Shown: in pieces, positions 46,744-56,690 of the stretch
Position numbering within the stretch: the stretch's first letter is position 1
Layout of the letters: each line of letters starts with the position of its first letter
NCBI GenBank assembly: GCA_963726255.1
Contig: CAVSBL010000002.1
Span: 128,001-192,000, forward strand
Direction of reading: 5' to 3'
DNA: 64,000 nucleotides
DNA from: Candidatus Bathyarchaeota archaeon
GTDB taxonomy: Archaea > Thermoproteota > Bathyarchaeia > 40CM-2-53-6
Notes under the pieces: model-generated
Seen by the model: only the letters and a program-made list of their open reading frames with translations
Databases searched by the model: none
Told to the model about the DNA's origin: nothing
Translations under genes and position numbers: made by a program

Positions 46744-47421
46744 TCAAGGCGAAATACCCGTCAATAAGTAGACTCCGACGATCCCAGCTAGGACCAGCAT
46801 AGTCACGATCACCATTATGACTCCCACCCGGAGGCCTTCATGCCTCGGTTGGAGGAATTTAATGTCCGGGTAGGCTTTCAGTACAGCTTGGCACAACAGC
46901 AGTGATACCACTGCTCCCGACAAGACCTGAAGAGAGTTTATCGTTACAAGTTCCGCAAAAGCGGCGCCAACTCCGTACAACGGGGTTTCCACAGAAAAGT
47001 AGCCAAGCAACATCGCAATTGCGCCCGCCACCACACCAGCCACCTTGAGAGGAAGTCTCCTATTATTTCCGATTAGGCCAGTTAGGAAACCTTCAGTCCC
47101 TTTGATGAAGAGTGTTAACGGCGAGAAGTACGCATAGCCCAAGAGAATGTCAGAGATTGCCGAGCCAACGCCACCCGCAATACCACCAAGCCTTGCGCCG
47201 AATAGCAAGCCTGCGAGCATGACCATCGCATCACCTAGGTTGAAGTAACCACGAGTGGGCGGGAACGGTATGCTGATGACCATAGTAACGGCCGCAGTCG
47301 CAGCCGTCATAACGGCGGTGAGCGCTACCTCTCGAGGTTGCAGCGGCTTAGTACCCAATACTCCTACCCGCACTGCTACCCCCACGTCAAGTTGAATTAA
47401 ACTTCGCCCTTCATGAGTCAT
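46744..47421 (-). CDS. ECF transporter S component
   Basis: IPFPPTRGYFNLGD, GGVGSAISD, TLFIKGTEG. Confidence 0.9.
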   Translation of the reverse strand: MTHEGRSLIQLDVGVAVRVGVLGTKPLQPREVALTAVMTAATAAVTMVISIPFPPTRGYFNLGDAMVMLAGLLFGARLGGIAGGVGSAISDILLGYAYFSPLTLFIKGTEGFLTGLIGNNRRLPLKVAGVVAGAIAMLLGYFSVETPLYGVGAAFAELVTINSLQVLSGAVVSLLLCQAVLKAYPDIKFLQPRHEGLRVGVIMVIVTMLVLAGIVGVYLLTGISP

Positions 47422-47434
47422 GAGCCATGGGGAC

Positions 47435-48097
47435 TTATCGCAATAGGTTCTTGGCCCAAGCGGATAGGTCTCGAACTGTTTCTTCGCTAACCTCGTGCCC
47501 CATTGGATACTCCCGATAGTCTACGCGGGCTCCGGCCTTCTTCAGCAGCTCTGCGGATTCACGGGCTAGGCGTACGGGTATAATTTCGTCGTATGTACCG
47601 TGGGCGATGAAGGCGGAAAAGCTGCCAAGATTTTCTAGGGTGAGTGACAAGCCGGAGCGTTGCGGGATGTAACCGCTCAAGGCGGCGATTCCGAGAAACG
47701 AAGCTGGGTCCATTAACGATACGGCATAGGCCAACATAGTTCCCTGACTGAAACCTAGGAGCATGATCCGTTCAGGGTTCACAGGGTAACCTGTCCTGAT
47801 CTCGTCTATGAACCGACGTAAAATGTCGAGGCTCGAAACGAACGTCTGAGCATGTGGCATTCCCTCCTGGCCCACGTCGTACCAAGCGAATCCTCCACCA
47901 AACTGGAATGGTCGCGGTGCACGTGGAGAAATAATAAGAACGTCAGTCAAACCCAGCGAACTCACGAGTGGTATCAAATCGTACTCGTCGGTTCCACGAC
48001 CATGGAATGCGACAACAGCTGCATATCGCTCGGCTTTCTGGGTAGGATAGAAAACGACATGTTCGAGCGACGCCGCTATCGGGGAGCCTTCCTTCAT
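47435..48097 (-). CDS. Phospholipase/carboxylesterase (alpha/beta hydrolase)
   Basis: FHGRG, GFSQG, AHGTYD, MGHEV. Confidence 0.92.
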   Translation of the reverse strand: MKEGSPIAASLEHVVFYPTQKAERYAAVVAFHGRGTDEYDLIPLVSSLGLTDVLIISPRAPRPFQFGGGFAWYDVGQEGMPHAQTFVSSLDILRRFIDEIRTGYPVNPERIMLLGFSQGTMLAYAVSLMDPASFLGIAALSGYIPQRSGLSLTLENLGSFSAFIAHGTYDEIIPVRLARESAELLKKAGARVDYREYPMGHEVSEETVRDLSAWAKNLLR

Positions 48098-48162
48098 TGT
48101 CGATTCTACATCTCTGGAAAGGTTGTTATCGAGCCTCGTGGGCCATAGTCTCGTTGGAAGTT

Positions 48163-49290
48163 ATGAAGCTTCAGCCTTTTGAATTGGAGCGTTGGCAATC
48201 TACATGGGAGCACCAAGTCGAATACAATCTGTCAGAGAGCGGCGTGGAACCGCTCAAGCTCCGTGAGTTGCTTGACGGCGACGCGTCCGTTATGCTCACC
48301 CAATCCCTAGGATACAGTCAAACGAATGGAACCGAGGAACTGAGGAAGGCAATTGCGGCAACTTATCCCAAGGCGACGGCCAATGATTTGTTGGTAACAA
48401 ATGGAAGCTCTGAAGCAATCTTTGTGGCCCTCTGGCATTTCCTCCAAAGAGGCACCGAGGTCGTCGTCATGCTTCCAAACTACATGCAAATCTGGGGCTT
48501 GGCCAAAACGATGCAAGCCAAGGTCAAACCGTTTTGGCTGAGGGAAGAAGGAGGTCAATGGTCGTTCGATCTGAGGGCTTTGAGAAAAATTCTGAGTAAG
48601 AAAACAAAGCTCATCGCGGTCTGCAACCCCAACAACCCGACCGGCGCTGTGCTCGATGAGGAGAGGGTTGAGGCTGTTTGTGAAATTGCTAGAAAGGCGG
48701 GTGCTTGGATTCTCTCGGACGAAGTGTACCGTGGCGCGGAACTAGACGGAGTGGAAACTCCGACATTTTGGGGTAGGTATGATAAGGTCATCGTTACGAA
48801 CGGGTTGTCAAAGGTCTATGGCCTGCCTGGATTGAGGATTGGTTGGGCATTAGCTGGCCGGGAGTTGGCGGCCAAACTCTGGTCCTACCATGACTATACA
48901 ACCATTGGTCCAAATGCTTTGAGCGACTATATCGCAAGCAGAGCACTGCAACCGGAAATGCGAGCAAGAATCTTAGAGCGAACTCGCACAATCCTCCGTT
49001 CGAACCTGTCTCTTCTGGAGCGTTGGGTGCATGAACATCGAGAGTACTTATCTTTCATTCCACCGAAGGCCGGGGCGATCGCGTTCCTCAGGTACCATCT
49101 CAAAATCAACTCGACCGAACTGGCCGAACGGCTACTCCATGAAAAGAGCACGTTGATAGTGCCCGGCGACCACTTCGGCATGGATCACTACTTGCGAATC
49201 GGTTACGGTTCCGACAGTAGACGTTTATCTGCCGGCCTCGAACGCGTCGGAGAACTGCTTTCAACCTTAGAAAAGGCGGCAATCGCATAG
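48163..49290 (+). CDS. PLP-dependent aminotransferase class I/II
   Basis: NLSESG, CNPNNPTG, SDEVYRG, LSKVYGLPGLRIGW; likely start ATG 48163. Confidence 0.93.
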   Translation: MKLQPFELERWQSTWEHQVEYNLSESGVEPLKLRELLDGDASVMLTQSLGYSQTNGTEELRKAIAATYPKATANDLLVTNGSSEAIFVALWHFLQRGTEVVVMLPNYMQIWGLAKTMQAKVKPFWLREEGGQWSFDLRALRKILSKKTKLIAVCNPNNPTGAVLDEERVEAVCEIARKAGAWILSDEVYRGAELDGVETPTFWGRYDKVIVTNGLSKVYGLPGLRIGWALAGRELAAKLWSYHDYTTIGPNALSDYIASRALQPEMRARILERTRTILRSNLSLLERWVHEHREYLSFIPPKAGAIAFLRYHLKINSTELAERLLHEKSTLIVPGDHFGMDHYLRIGYGSDSRRLSAGLERVGELLSTLEKAAIA

Positions 49291-49395
49291 CCCTTACTCG
49301 AAGGGCCCGATCGCCCGCTATTTCGCGAAATAACGAACCGAAAGGTTTCAATTGGGGGAGGCAGAACTCTCGGATTCAATTGTGAAGTATTAGTT

Positions 49396-49590
49396 ATGAG
49401 TCAAAAGACAACGCACGTAAAACTAAGGTGTTTGGAATGCAAAGCGAAGTTCGACAGCAAGTATGACGCCTTCGACACGTCGGTCATAACAAGCGTAGGG
49501 CAAGTCCTAGAGAACTTCATCTTCTGCCAGAAAATCGGGAAACGGGGATGCGGGAAACGGGTTTCAGTCGTAGTTATCGATATTAGATAG
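49396..49590 (+). CDS. Small Cys-containing hypothetical protein
   Basis: CLEC plus a second Cys pair; co-oriented 25 bp before the flavoprotein. Confidence 0.45.
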   Translation: MSQKTTHVKLRCLECKAKFDSKYDAFDTSVITSVGQVLENFIFCQKIGKRGCGKRVSVVVIDIR

Positions 49591-49615
49591 AACCCATATT
49601 CGTCGTGAAATTGGC

Positions 49616-50764
49616 GTGGGCAAGAATATCCTAATTCTAGGCGGAGGCTTTGGTGGTCTAGCGGCGGCTAACAAACTCCGGAAAGGCCTCAGCTCCGAGC
49701 ATACAGTAATCTTGGTTGACAAGCAACCACTCTTTTTCATGGGTCTTACAAAACTCTGGGTAATTAACGGCAGAAGGCAAGTGGGCCAGAATCCCGGTAA
49801 TAGAACTCTGTTGGCGAAGCGTGGGATCAATTTCGTCGAAGGTGAAGTAAGCGAAATTGACCTTGCAAACCGTGAAGTTCGAATCGGAACCGAGCGCTTC
49901 ACCTATGACTACCTGATTATCGCCTTGGGGGCCGACTATTCGCTCGGCTCGCCAAAGGGCTTCGCTAGGTATGCTAAGAACATGTATACGGAGAGCGGTT
50001 GCGCGGAGATTAGGGATCTGCTTCCTTCGCTTAGAGGAGGGACGTTGACTGTCCTTGTTTGCGGGTTACCGTTCAAGTGTCCCCCAGCACCTTACGAGGC
50101 ATCAATGATCATAGACGATGTCCTAAGGAAAAATGGGGTCAGGGACGAAGTGAGAATGCAAATTGTAACCCCTGAGGCTCACCCACTCGGTATACTTGGT
50201 TCTGAAGCCGGAAAGAGGGTAACCACGCTCCTCGCAAGTCGAGAAATCGCCTACTATCCCTCGCAAAAAGTGAAAGAAATTCGACAAACGAGTATCCTAA
50301 CTGAAGAAGGGAAAGAGATCCCGCACGATGCGATTTTCGCGATTCCCATACATGTAGCCCCCTCAGTGCTGAAGAATTCTAGACTATTGGATGAGTCTGG
50401 ATGGATTCCGGTAGATTCAGCGACGCTAGCGACGCAGATTCCGAACGTTTATGCGGTCGGCGACTGCGCGGACCCCAAGACGCCTAAAGGGGCCATGCTT
50501 CCTAGGGCAGGCGTTTTAGCAGAAGAGCAAGGAAAGGTTGTAGCGCAGAATATAATTAACGAAATCCAAGGCGCCGGGAAATCAGCCTCCTTTGACGGTC
50601 AAGGAGTTTGCTTCATGGAAGCCGGAGATGGAATAGCCGCACCGCTTCGCGCGAATTTCTATGCGCAGCCTAATCCGGAATGGGAACTCGAGCCCCCGAG
50701 TGAGGATGGATTCCGGCAGAAGCAAAATTACTTGGAGGACCGCATGAAAGCCTGGTTCGACTGA
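49616..50764 (+). CDS. Sulfide:quinone oxidoreductase-like FAD flavoprotein
   Basis: ILGGGFGG, YDYLIIALG, KCPPAPYE, VYAVGD, GVCFME. Confidence 0.85.
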   Translation: MGKNILILGGGFGGLAAANKLRKGLSSEHTVILVDKQPLFFMGLTKLWVINGRRQVGQNPGNRTLLAKRGINFVEGEVSEIDLANREVRIGTERFTYDYLIIALGADYSLGSPKGFARYAKNMYTESGCAEIRDLLPSLRGGTLTVLVCGLPFKCPPAPYEASMIIDDVLRKNGVRDEVRMQIVTPEAHPLGILGSEAGKRVTTLLASREIAYYPSQKVKEIRQTSILTEEGKEIPHDAIFAIPIHVAPSVLKNSRLLDESGWIPVDSATLATQIPNVYAVGDCADPKTPKGAMLPRAGVLAEEQGKVVAQNIINEIQGAGKSASFDGQGVCFMEAGDGIAAPLRANFYAQPNPEWELEPPSEDGFRQKQNYLEDRMKAWFD

Positions 50765-50811
50765 AAACCCATCGTAATCCAGAATAGAGTCTCCCCAATC
50801 AGTCCACGCAG

Positions 50812-51720
50812 GTGTACCCAAAGCATTTGCAGTCGAAAGCCCCAGGCCTAGTCTTCAGTGCACTCTGCATAATCTGGGGCAGCACGTGGCTTGGAATAAA
50901 GATTGGTTTAGAATTCCTGCCATCATTCCTCTTTGCGGGCCTTCGCTTCGCAACAGCGACCGTTGCATTACTCGTCCTGGCGAAGATACTTCACGCTCGC
51001 ATGCCCAGAGACCATTCCTCTTGGAATGTGATGCTGTTTCTAGGGGCATTTCAGATCAGCCTACCGTACGCGTTAGTATTCTGGGGCGAAGAGTTCATCT
51101 CGTCAGGTTTATCCGCTGTCCTGTTTGCCACCCTACCTTTCTTCGTTGCTATCTTCGCCCATATCCTCACCTCGGAGAAATTGACACGAATCAAAACTGC
51201 AGGAATCATCCTATCCTTTTTCGGCCTGGTAGCAATTTTCTGGAGAGATATTGCAGCATTTCAAAACCTCGCCGGCCACTATTCTGTTTTGGGAAGCATG
51301 GCCGTAGTCGGAAGCGCAGCTTCGGGTGGACTGGCCAATGTGGTGGCTAAGCAACACGCGGAGAGAATTGACCCCGCTGCCAATGTTCTGGTTCAGCATG
51401 CAATTGGAGCCATTGCTCTACTGTCTCTCGGCCTGATGAGTGAATCAACGATTTCGCTCAATTTCACACCCGTAGCAGTCGTGGTCGTCCTTTACTTGGG
51501 CATAGTCGGCTCCGCACTCGGATTCATCGGACTATACTGGCTTCTGAAGAAAACTACCGCCACTAATGCTTCCATGATCACTTTTCTGAACCCCATAGTG
51601 GCATTGCTGTTGGGTTGGATAGTACTGCAGGAAGTTCCCGATCCGAATGTTGGCGTAGGCGCAGTACTGATCTTAGCTGGCGTTTACATGACTTTGAAAC
51701 CGACCGGGCGCCATACCTGA
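50812..51720 (+). CDS. EamA/DMT family transporter
   Basis: IWGSTW, ISSGLSAVL, NPIVALLLG; about ten TM segments. Confidence 0.92.
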   Translation: MYPKHLQSKAPGLVFSALCIIWGSTWLGIKIGLEFLPSFLFAGLRFATATVALLVLAKILHARMPRDHSSWNVMLFLGAFQISLPYALVFWGEEFISSGLSAVLFATLPFFVAIFAHILTSEKLTRIKTAGIILSFFGLVAIFWRDIAAFQNLAGHYSVLGSMAVVGSAASGGLANVVAKQHAERIDPAANVLVQHAIGAIALLSLGLMSESTISLNFTPVAVVVVLYLGIVGSALGFIGLYWLLKKTTATNASMITFLNPIVALLLGWIVLQEVPDPNVGVGAVLILAGVYMTLKPTGRHT

Positions 51721-51737
51721 GAAGTTGTCTTTCGTTG

Positions 51738-52151
51738 TTATCGCTGTGCTAGTTCCATCGCAAGGTCAACGTTTCGAGCTATCTCTTCCATCGGAGGCTC
51801 AATTCCTCGGTATGTCTCCACAATACCCACTTCAGTCCGGAGTAGAACCATGTAGGTTGGGTAGGCCGCGAATCTGAGGAGTCGCCTGAAATCTTGTAAT
51901 TTGTCCCTAAACTGGTTATTCTCCGAAACGTGAATCGAACCGAATTGTACTCGGTCGCCGTATTTCTCTTGGATTTGGTTTGCTAGTTTCTCAAAGAGCG
52001 GTTTTTGTATTTCACATCCTGCACATCGGTCGCGTGTTAAGGCATAAACGTAGACGGTCTTCTCGTGTTGCGCCAGCGAAGCTAAGGGCTCTGTCTCTGA
52101 CATTTTGGATTGGCGAAGATAATCCTCGTACGTCAGTCGAGTTATGGGCAT
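51738..52151 (-). CDS. Thioredoxin-fold protein
   Basis: CAGC motif followed by QKPLFEKLA; YPT cis-Pro loop. Confidence 0.75.
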   Translation of the reverse strand: MPITRLTYEDYLRQSKMSETEPLASLAQHEKTVYVYALTRDRCAGCEIQKPLFEKLANQIQEKYGDRVQFGSIHVSENNQFRDKLQDFRRLLRFAAYPTYMVLLRTEVGIVETYRGIEPPMEEIARNVDLAMELAQR

Positions 52152-52174
52152 ACGGACTTGTTTATTGAACCGCC

Positions 52175-52654
52175 CTATATACCCAAGGCTTCGCCCATGG
52201 GGATTACGGACGTAACGAACGTGAACATGTCGCCCAGGGAAACTTGGTGCGCTGCTATGAAACCAGCGTTTACCTCTAGCACGTACGTTGCCTCAACTGT
52301 TGGTGTGAAGACTGGGCAAACAGTAGGGCTGCAAGGCGGAAGGTCTTGTTCGATGAACACTGCCTGCCTACTTGAGTTGAACCATATCATATCTAACGGG
52401 AAGTTCATCTCATACATCCAGAAGCTCCAGTAATCTTCGCTTTGAAAGACGAAAAGCATCCCATGATCTGGAGCCATTGAACTACGCCCCGACAAGCCCT
52501 TCTGCTGCTCAGCGGGTGTTGTCGCTAGATCCACACTGAGTACGACCCCGTCGATCATTATGCGAACCGTGTTTCGCGGCTGGAATACAAAGTAACCGAT
52601 AGATACGGCTGCGATCACCAAGATAGCCAAAACAATGATGCCTTTTTTCTTCAA
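52175..52654 (-). CDS. DUF192 family protein
   Basis: QQKGLSGR, GMLFVF, FWM, PLDMIW, YVLEVNAG. Confidence 0.9.
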   Translation of the reverse strand: MKKKGIIVLAILVIAAVSIGYFVFQPRNTVRIMIDGVVLSVDLATTPAEQQKGLSGRSSMAPDHGMLFVFQSEDYWSFWMYEMNFPLDMIWFNSSRQAVFIEQDLPPCSPTVCPVFTPTVEATYVLEVNAGFIAAHQVSLGDMFTFVTSVIPMGEALGI

Positions 52655-52774
52655 TTATTGGACGCCGCGTTTCATCTGGATAATTGTCGGTGAAATGTGT
52701 TCTCCTATTGAACGCTTTGATACGAGGGTTATGCCAGGTTTGTGGGGAAATCCATGCCCCGCCGGGCGACAAAC

Positions 52775-53104
52775 CTACCCTTTCTTAGCCCCTAAGTAGA
52801 AGCCTAGGCTGAAGCTTCCACCAATCGGTAAGATTTGGCCTACAAAGGCGAGGGAGCTGACAAGGCCAGCTATAGCCCCGGCGAAGCCACTTCCGACGGC
52901 GGTGGAAAACGCGTTGAAATTGACCGATATAACGCCGATAGATGCTAACCAGGTTAGGCCAAGCATGAAGAGGCCTGAAATCAATGCCAGGATTTTGAGA
53001 ATTATCGTGGCGACTTTCTTCAGACCGTAACCTAGAAGGAATCCCAGAGTCCCCCCGAACCCGATCTGGGTCATAATTAGGGTTGCTAGCCCATTAGTGT
53101 CCAC
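52775..53104 (-). CDS. FUN14 family membrane protein
   Basis: GFGGTLGFLLGYGLKK, GVISVNF, GSFSLGFYLG. Confidence 0.85.
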   Translation of the reverse strand: MDTNGLATLIMTQIGFGGTLGFLLGYGLKKVATIILKILALISGLFMLGLTWLASIGVISVNFNAFSTAVGSGFAGAIAGLVSSLAFVGQILPIGGSFSLGFYLGAKKG

Positions 53105-53248
53105 GGTCTAAACACGCAAATAAGGGTGGTTTGATTCTGAGGCATTAAATGTTCGACACGGGTGCCCGCATAAATCGCGGGCGAGCCGCTTGGAATTGAA
53201 CATAGTCGTCGAAAAATAGGAAGTTTCACCGAAAAGAATGAATTTGCG

Positions 53249-53884
53249 TTGATCCCTGGCGCCGCCTCTCTCGCAGTTTTCATGGTCTCCGCGCTGGCCT
53301 TGAATATCTCTCCGGGCCCAGACATGTTGTACGTGATCTCTCGCAGCCTAGAGCTGGGAAGGAGGGCGGGCGTTGTTTCCGCGTTCGGAATCGGAGTTGG
53401 GACGTTAGTGTATACATTCATTACAGCAATTGGGCTGTCTGCACTACTCGTCTCTGTGCCGATAGCGTTTGAACTGGTCAAATTCGGTGGGGCAGCCTAC
53501 CTGGTCTACTTGGGAATCCGAATGTTGGTAACGAAGGCCAACGTCAAAGCAACAACGCACACGTCTGGCCGAACGAGCAGCCTAACTCTTCGAAGTGTTT
53601 TTCGGCAGGGAGTGACGACCAACGTCCTCAACCCGAAGGTCGCGCTTTTCTTCCTAGCTTTTCTACCACAATTTGTTGACCGGTCACAAGGCGCGTTCGC
53701 CCTGCAGATGGTCTTTCTCGGCTTGTTGTTTGATACATCTGGGACGAGTGTAAATGTGATGGTGGCTACGCTCGCTGGCCATGTTAGCGAGTCTTTGAAA
53801 AAACGTTCAGGCTTCATGCGTTTTCAAAAACTGGTCCCGGCAAGCATTCTCATAGCACTTGGGCTTTTGGTGGCAGTTAGGTGA
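53249..53884 (+). CDS. LysE/RhtB family exporter
   Basis: SPGPD, GAAYLVYLG, NVLNPKVALFFLAFLPQF. Confidence 0.93.
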   Translation: MIPGAASLAVFMVSALALNISPGPDMLYVISRSLELGRRAGVVSAFGIGVGTLVYTFITAIGLSALLVSVPIAFELVKFGGAAYLVYLGIRMLVTKANVKATTHTSGRTSSLTLRSVFRQGVTTNVLNPKVALFFLAFLPQFVDRSQGAFALQMVFLGLLFDTSGTSVNVMVATLAGHVSESLKKRSGFMRFQKLVPASILIALGLLVAVR

Positions 53885-53901
53885 GCAGAAGGTAGGAACA
53901 A

Positions 53902-54519
53902 CTGCGATACGTCGGACTCGATCTAGCTGGGTCACCGAGGCGCCCCACCGGGGGCTGCGTAATCGATGATGCATTGAAGGTGAAATGCGCGGTTCTCCAT
54001 ACGGATGAGGAGATTTTTGATTTCGTTCGAAGAAGCAGAACCAAGTACGTGGCGGTCGATGCTCCGCTTGCATTGCCAAAGGGCCGCCATTGTCTCGGGG
54101 AACATTGTCGAGGCCGCGCACACTTTCGAGCGTGTGACAGGGTTCTAACGTGGATGGGAATCAAATTCTTCCCGATAACAATAGGGCCGATGAGAACCCT
54201 CACGGCTCGAGGCATCTGCCTCAAGGAAAAACTGGAGCACCTCGGACTCGAAGTGTTTGAGACTTACCCTGGCGCTGCGCAAGATTTGCTCGGCATCCCA
54301 CGGAAACAACGTGGCCTACCAGACCTTCAAGAAAACCTAGTAAGGCTCGGGTGCCAGGGAGACATCACCGCAAGGCAGTTGACAGGTGATGAACTCGATT
54401 CGATCAACTGTGCCCTCGTTGCCAAAGAGTACGCCGAAGGAAGCTACCTCGCAATCGGGGACCCTTCCGAAATCATGATGATATTGCCCAGGCTAGGGAA
54501 GGTGGGTAAAGCTCCATGA
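53902..54519 (+). CDS. DUF429 family predicted nuclease (RNase H-like)
   Basis: YVGLDLAG lies upstream of the listed TTG; VAVDAPL, FETYPG, DELDS; only plausible start is CTG 53902. Confidence 0.8.
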   Translation: MRYVGLDLAGSPRRPTGGCVIDDALKVKCAVLHTDEEIFDFVRRSRTKYVAVDAPLALPKGRHCLGEHCRGRAHFRACDRVLTWMGIKFFPITIGPMRTLTARGICLKEKLEHLGLEVFETYPGAAQDLLGIPRKQRGLPDLQENLVRLGCQGDITARQLTGDELDSINCALVAKEYAEGSYLAIGDPSEIMMILPRLGKVGKAP

Positions 54520-55358
54520 CATCGGCGAACGCCCCAAGTGGCGCGGAGCCAAGAAGAGTGACCCCTGATGAATTAACCGAAAGTTTTGAGCAGCTTGGTC
54601 TAGGTGAGGGTGACTCGGTAATCATGCATTCGCCTCTCGACAAGATTGGCGCAGTGGATGGTGGTGCTGCGATGGTGTTACACCGGTTGCTGGGGGTTCT
54701 CGGCAAGGGTGGTACGTTGTTGATGCCTACGTTTACCTCTGTCACGAGGCATGCCAGCGCAAGTGAGAACTTCACGAGGCCAGGTTGTTGGTGCGAAGGG
54801 CATGAAGATCGGCACTTGCCGTTTATTCCTGAGCTGCAACCGGATAGGAACATCGGGACAATCGCCCAGAGGCTATGCAGTTGGCCTTCCTCTAGGCGAA
54901 GCAACCACCCAGCTTACTCGTTCGTCGCTGTAGGTAAGCGCGGAGACGAGTTGATCCGGGATTACTCGTTAGACGACCCCCTGCTACCGATCAAAAGATT
55001 CCTGAAGCAAGATCCAAAGATACTACTTGTCGGTGTGGGTTTCGATTCGGTAATCGCGATTCATGTGGCCGAGCAACTTAGGCTGTATGTTAAGTTCGTG
55101 AGGGAACGTGCCCTCACCTTCACTTCGAAAGGACGGACTTGGGTTGACATCACCGCGCTGGGGTGCAGCAATGGCTTTGAGAAGCTCAAAGCCCACATAG
55201 GAGGCAAGGATTCTACGGAGACAATGATTGGAGCGGCAAACTCCCAGGTTTACCAAATGAAGAAGTTGATTGAGCGCGCTGACTCGCTGATAGAAAAACA
55301 ACCAAAGGCGTTGCTCTGCGACAATCCAGCTTGCTTGAGCTGTTCGTTAGTATCCTAG
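54516..55358 (+). CDS. AAC(3)/YokD-family N-acetyltransferase
   Basis: GDSVIMHS, GTLLMPTF, RSNHPAYSF, LLVGVG, IHVAE. Confidence 0.88.
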   Translation: MTSANAPSGAEPRRVTPDELTESFEQLGLGEGDSVIMHSPLDKIGAVDGGAAMVLHRLLGVLGKGGTLLMPTFTSVTRHASASENFTRPGCWCEGHEDRHLPFIPELQPDRNIGTIAQRLCSWPSSRRSNHPAYSFVAVGKRGDELIRDYSLDDPLLPIKRFLKQDPKILLVGVGFDSVIAIHVAEQLRLYVKFVRERALTFTSKGRTWVDITALGCSNGFEKLKAHIGGKDSTETMIGAANSQVYQMKKLIERADSLIEKQPKALLCDNPACLSCSLVS

Positions 55359-55390
55359 TAACATGACACAAATAGGCGGAGAATATCGGA

Positions 55391-56506
55391 TTACCGCCAC
55401 CACCCAAATTCCTTTGGAAGCAACTTCGTCAGCACCCTCCCTCCTCGTTTCGTAACGAGGATATCGTCTTCGATTCGTATTCCCGTTTTACCTTGCATGT
55501 AGACCCCGGGCTCGATCGTGAAGACCATTGAGGCGTCAACCGTCTCGTTGCCGCCAGGGACAACGTATGGTGCTTCGTGGACCTCGAGCCCTAACCCGTG
55601 CCCTATCCGGTGAACAAAATACTTGTCGAGCCCATTCCGCTGGAGGCGACTTCTGGCTGCGTAGTCGATGGAGCCCACGGTTGCGCTTGGCTGTGAGGCA
55701 TTGATTGCTGCGACCTGCGCGTCGAGTACGTTTTGATAGAGGTTTTCGAATGTTGGGTCCTTGCCGATGATGAACGTACGGGTTATATCAGCAAAATAAC
55801 CCGAAAATGTGCATGAAGCATCGACCACGACGGCCTCATTTCGCTTTATTCTCCTGGCGCCTGCCTGATGATGCCCGTCCGCCGCCATCGCTCCGGATTG
55901 GACGAGCACATCCTGCGCGGATTCAGCACCGTTGAGCGAAATACGTTCCGTGATCTTCCGGGCTAGCTCAAGCTCACTCATGCCGGTTTTCAGGAGGTTT
56001 GGAATCTTCATGAATGACTTGGAGAGAATCGACGCTGCCCGTTGTAACAGCTCAATTTCGCCAGCCTCCTTTATCGCTCTAATCCCTTGAAGTAGGGGCT
56101 CGGCGTTTTCGAGCTGAGGTTGTGAGTACTTGAGTAGTGCGTCGATGTACTGGTACGGTACCCTACCTTCCAGCCCCCATTTGCCACGAATTCCGAGTTG
56201 CTGAACGGTTTCTTCAATTGCCTTACCAGGCCCCAATTCATCGTCCCAGGAATGCACGACTATGTTGATGGGACTTCTCAAGTACGGGCCTGATTCAAGT
56301 GTCGGCGCGACGAGGTGTGGAGGGCCCTCTTTACACACAAAGAACAGGAACGGCCTTTCAAAAAGAAATGAATTGACGTCAGTATAGTACCGTAAGTTTG
56401 GGCCGGGGACGAGAACGATTCCTTCAAGTCCACTGTCCGTGGCTAATTTTCTTAGTTTTTCAAGACGAAGCATGTACACTTCGGCCTGAGGTTGTTTCGG
56501 TGTCAC
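55391..56506 (-). CDS. Xaa-Pro aminopeptidase/dipeptidase (M24)
   Basis: YFADITRT, HRIGHGLGLEVHE, FTIEPGVY, GIRIEDD. Confidence 0.95.
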   Translation of the reverse strand: MTPKQPQAEVYMLRLEKLRKLATDSGLEGIVLVPGPNLRYYTDVNSFLFERPFLFFVCKEGPPHLVAPTLESGPYLRSPINIVVHSWDDELGPGKAIEETVQQLGIRGKWGLEGRVPYQYIDALLKYSQPQLENAEPLLQGIRAIKEAGEIELLQRAASILSKSFMKIPNLLKTGMSELELARKITERISLNGAESAQDVLVQSGAMAADGHHQAGARRIKRNEAVVVDASCTFSGYFADITRTFIIGKDPTFENLYQNVLDAQVAAINASQPSATVGSIDYAARSRLQRNGLDKYFVHRIGHGLGLEVHEAPYVVPGGNETVDASMVFTIEPGVYMQGKTGIRIEDDILVTKRGGRVLTKLLPKEFGWWR

Positions 56507-56690
56507 CTTTTGATACCCTCATGCATTGCGCTTGGTCTAGGCATCAGGCCTGAATGGGCGATGTTGTGAAATATGCCTTTCAAATTCGGATTCCATCCTG
56601 GAACGACGTTCCTTCCACATACTGCTTGCTGAACTGGGCCAGAACGTCAACATTGTATAAGACTTCCTGAACACGATTTAGTGACATCGG

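Noticed and set aside
52775-53104. FUN14 protein as a eukaryotic signature linked to the ubiquitin system
   Set aside because: The family is already known in prokaryotes and the gene is about 48 kb from the cluster
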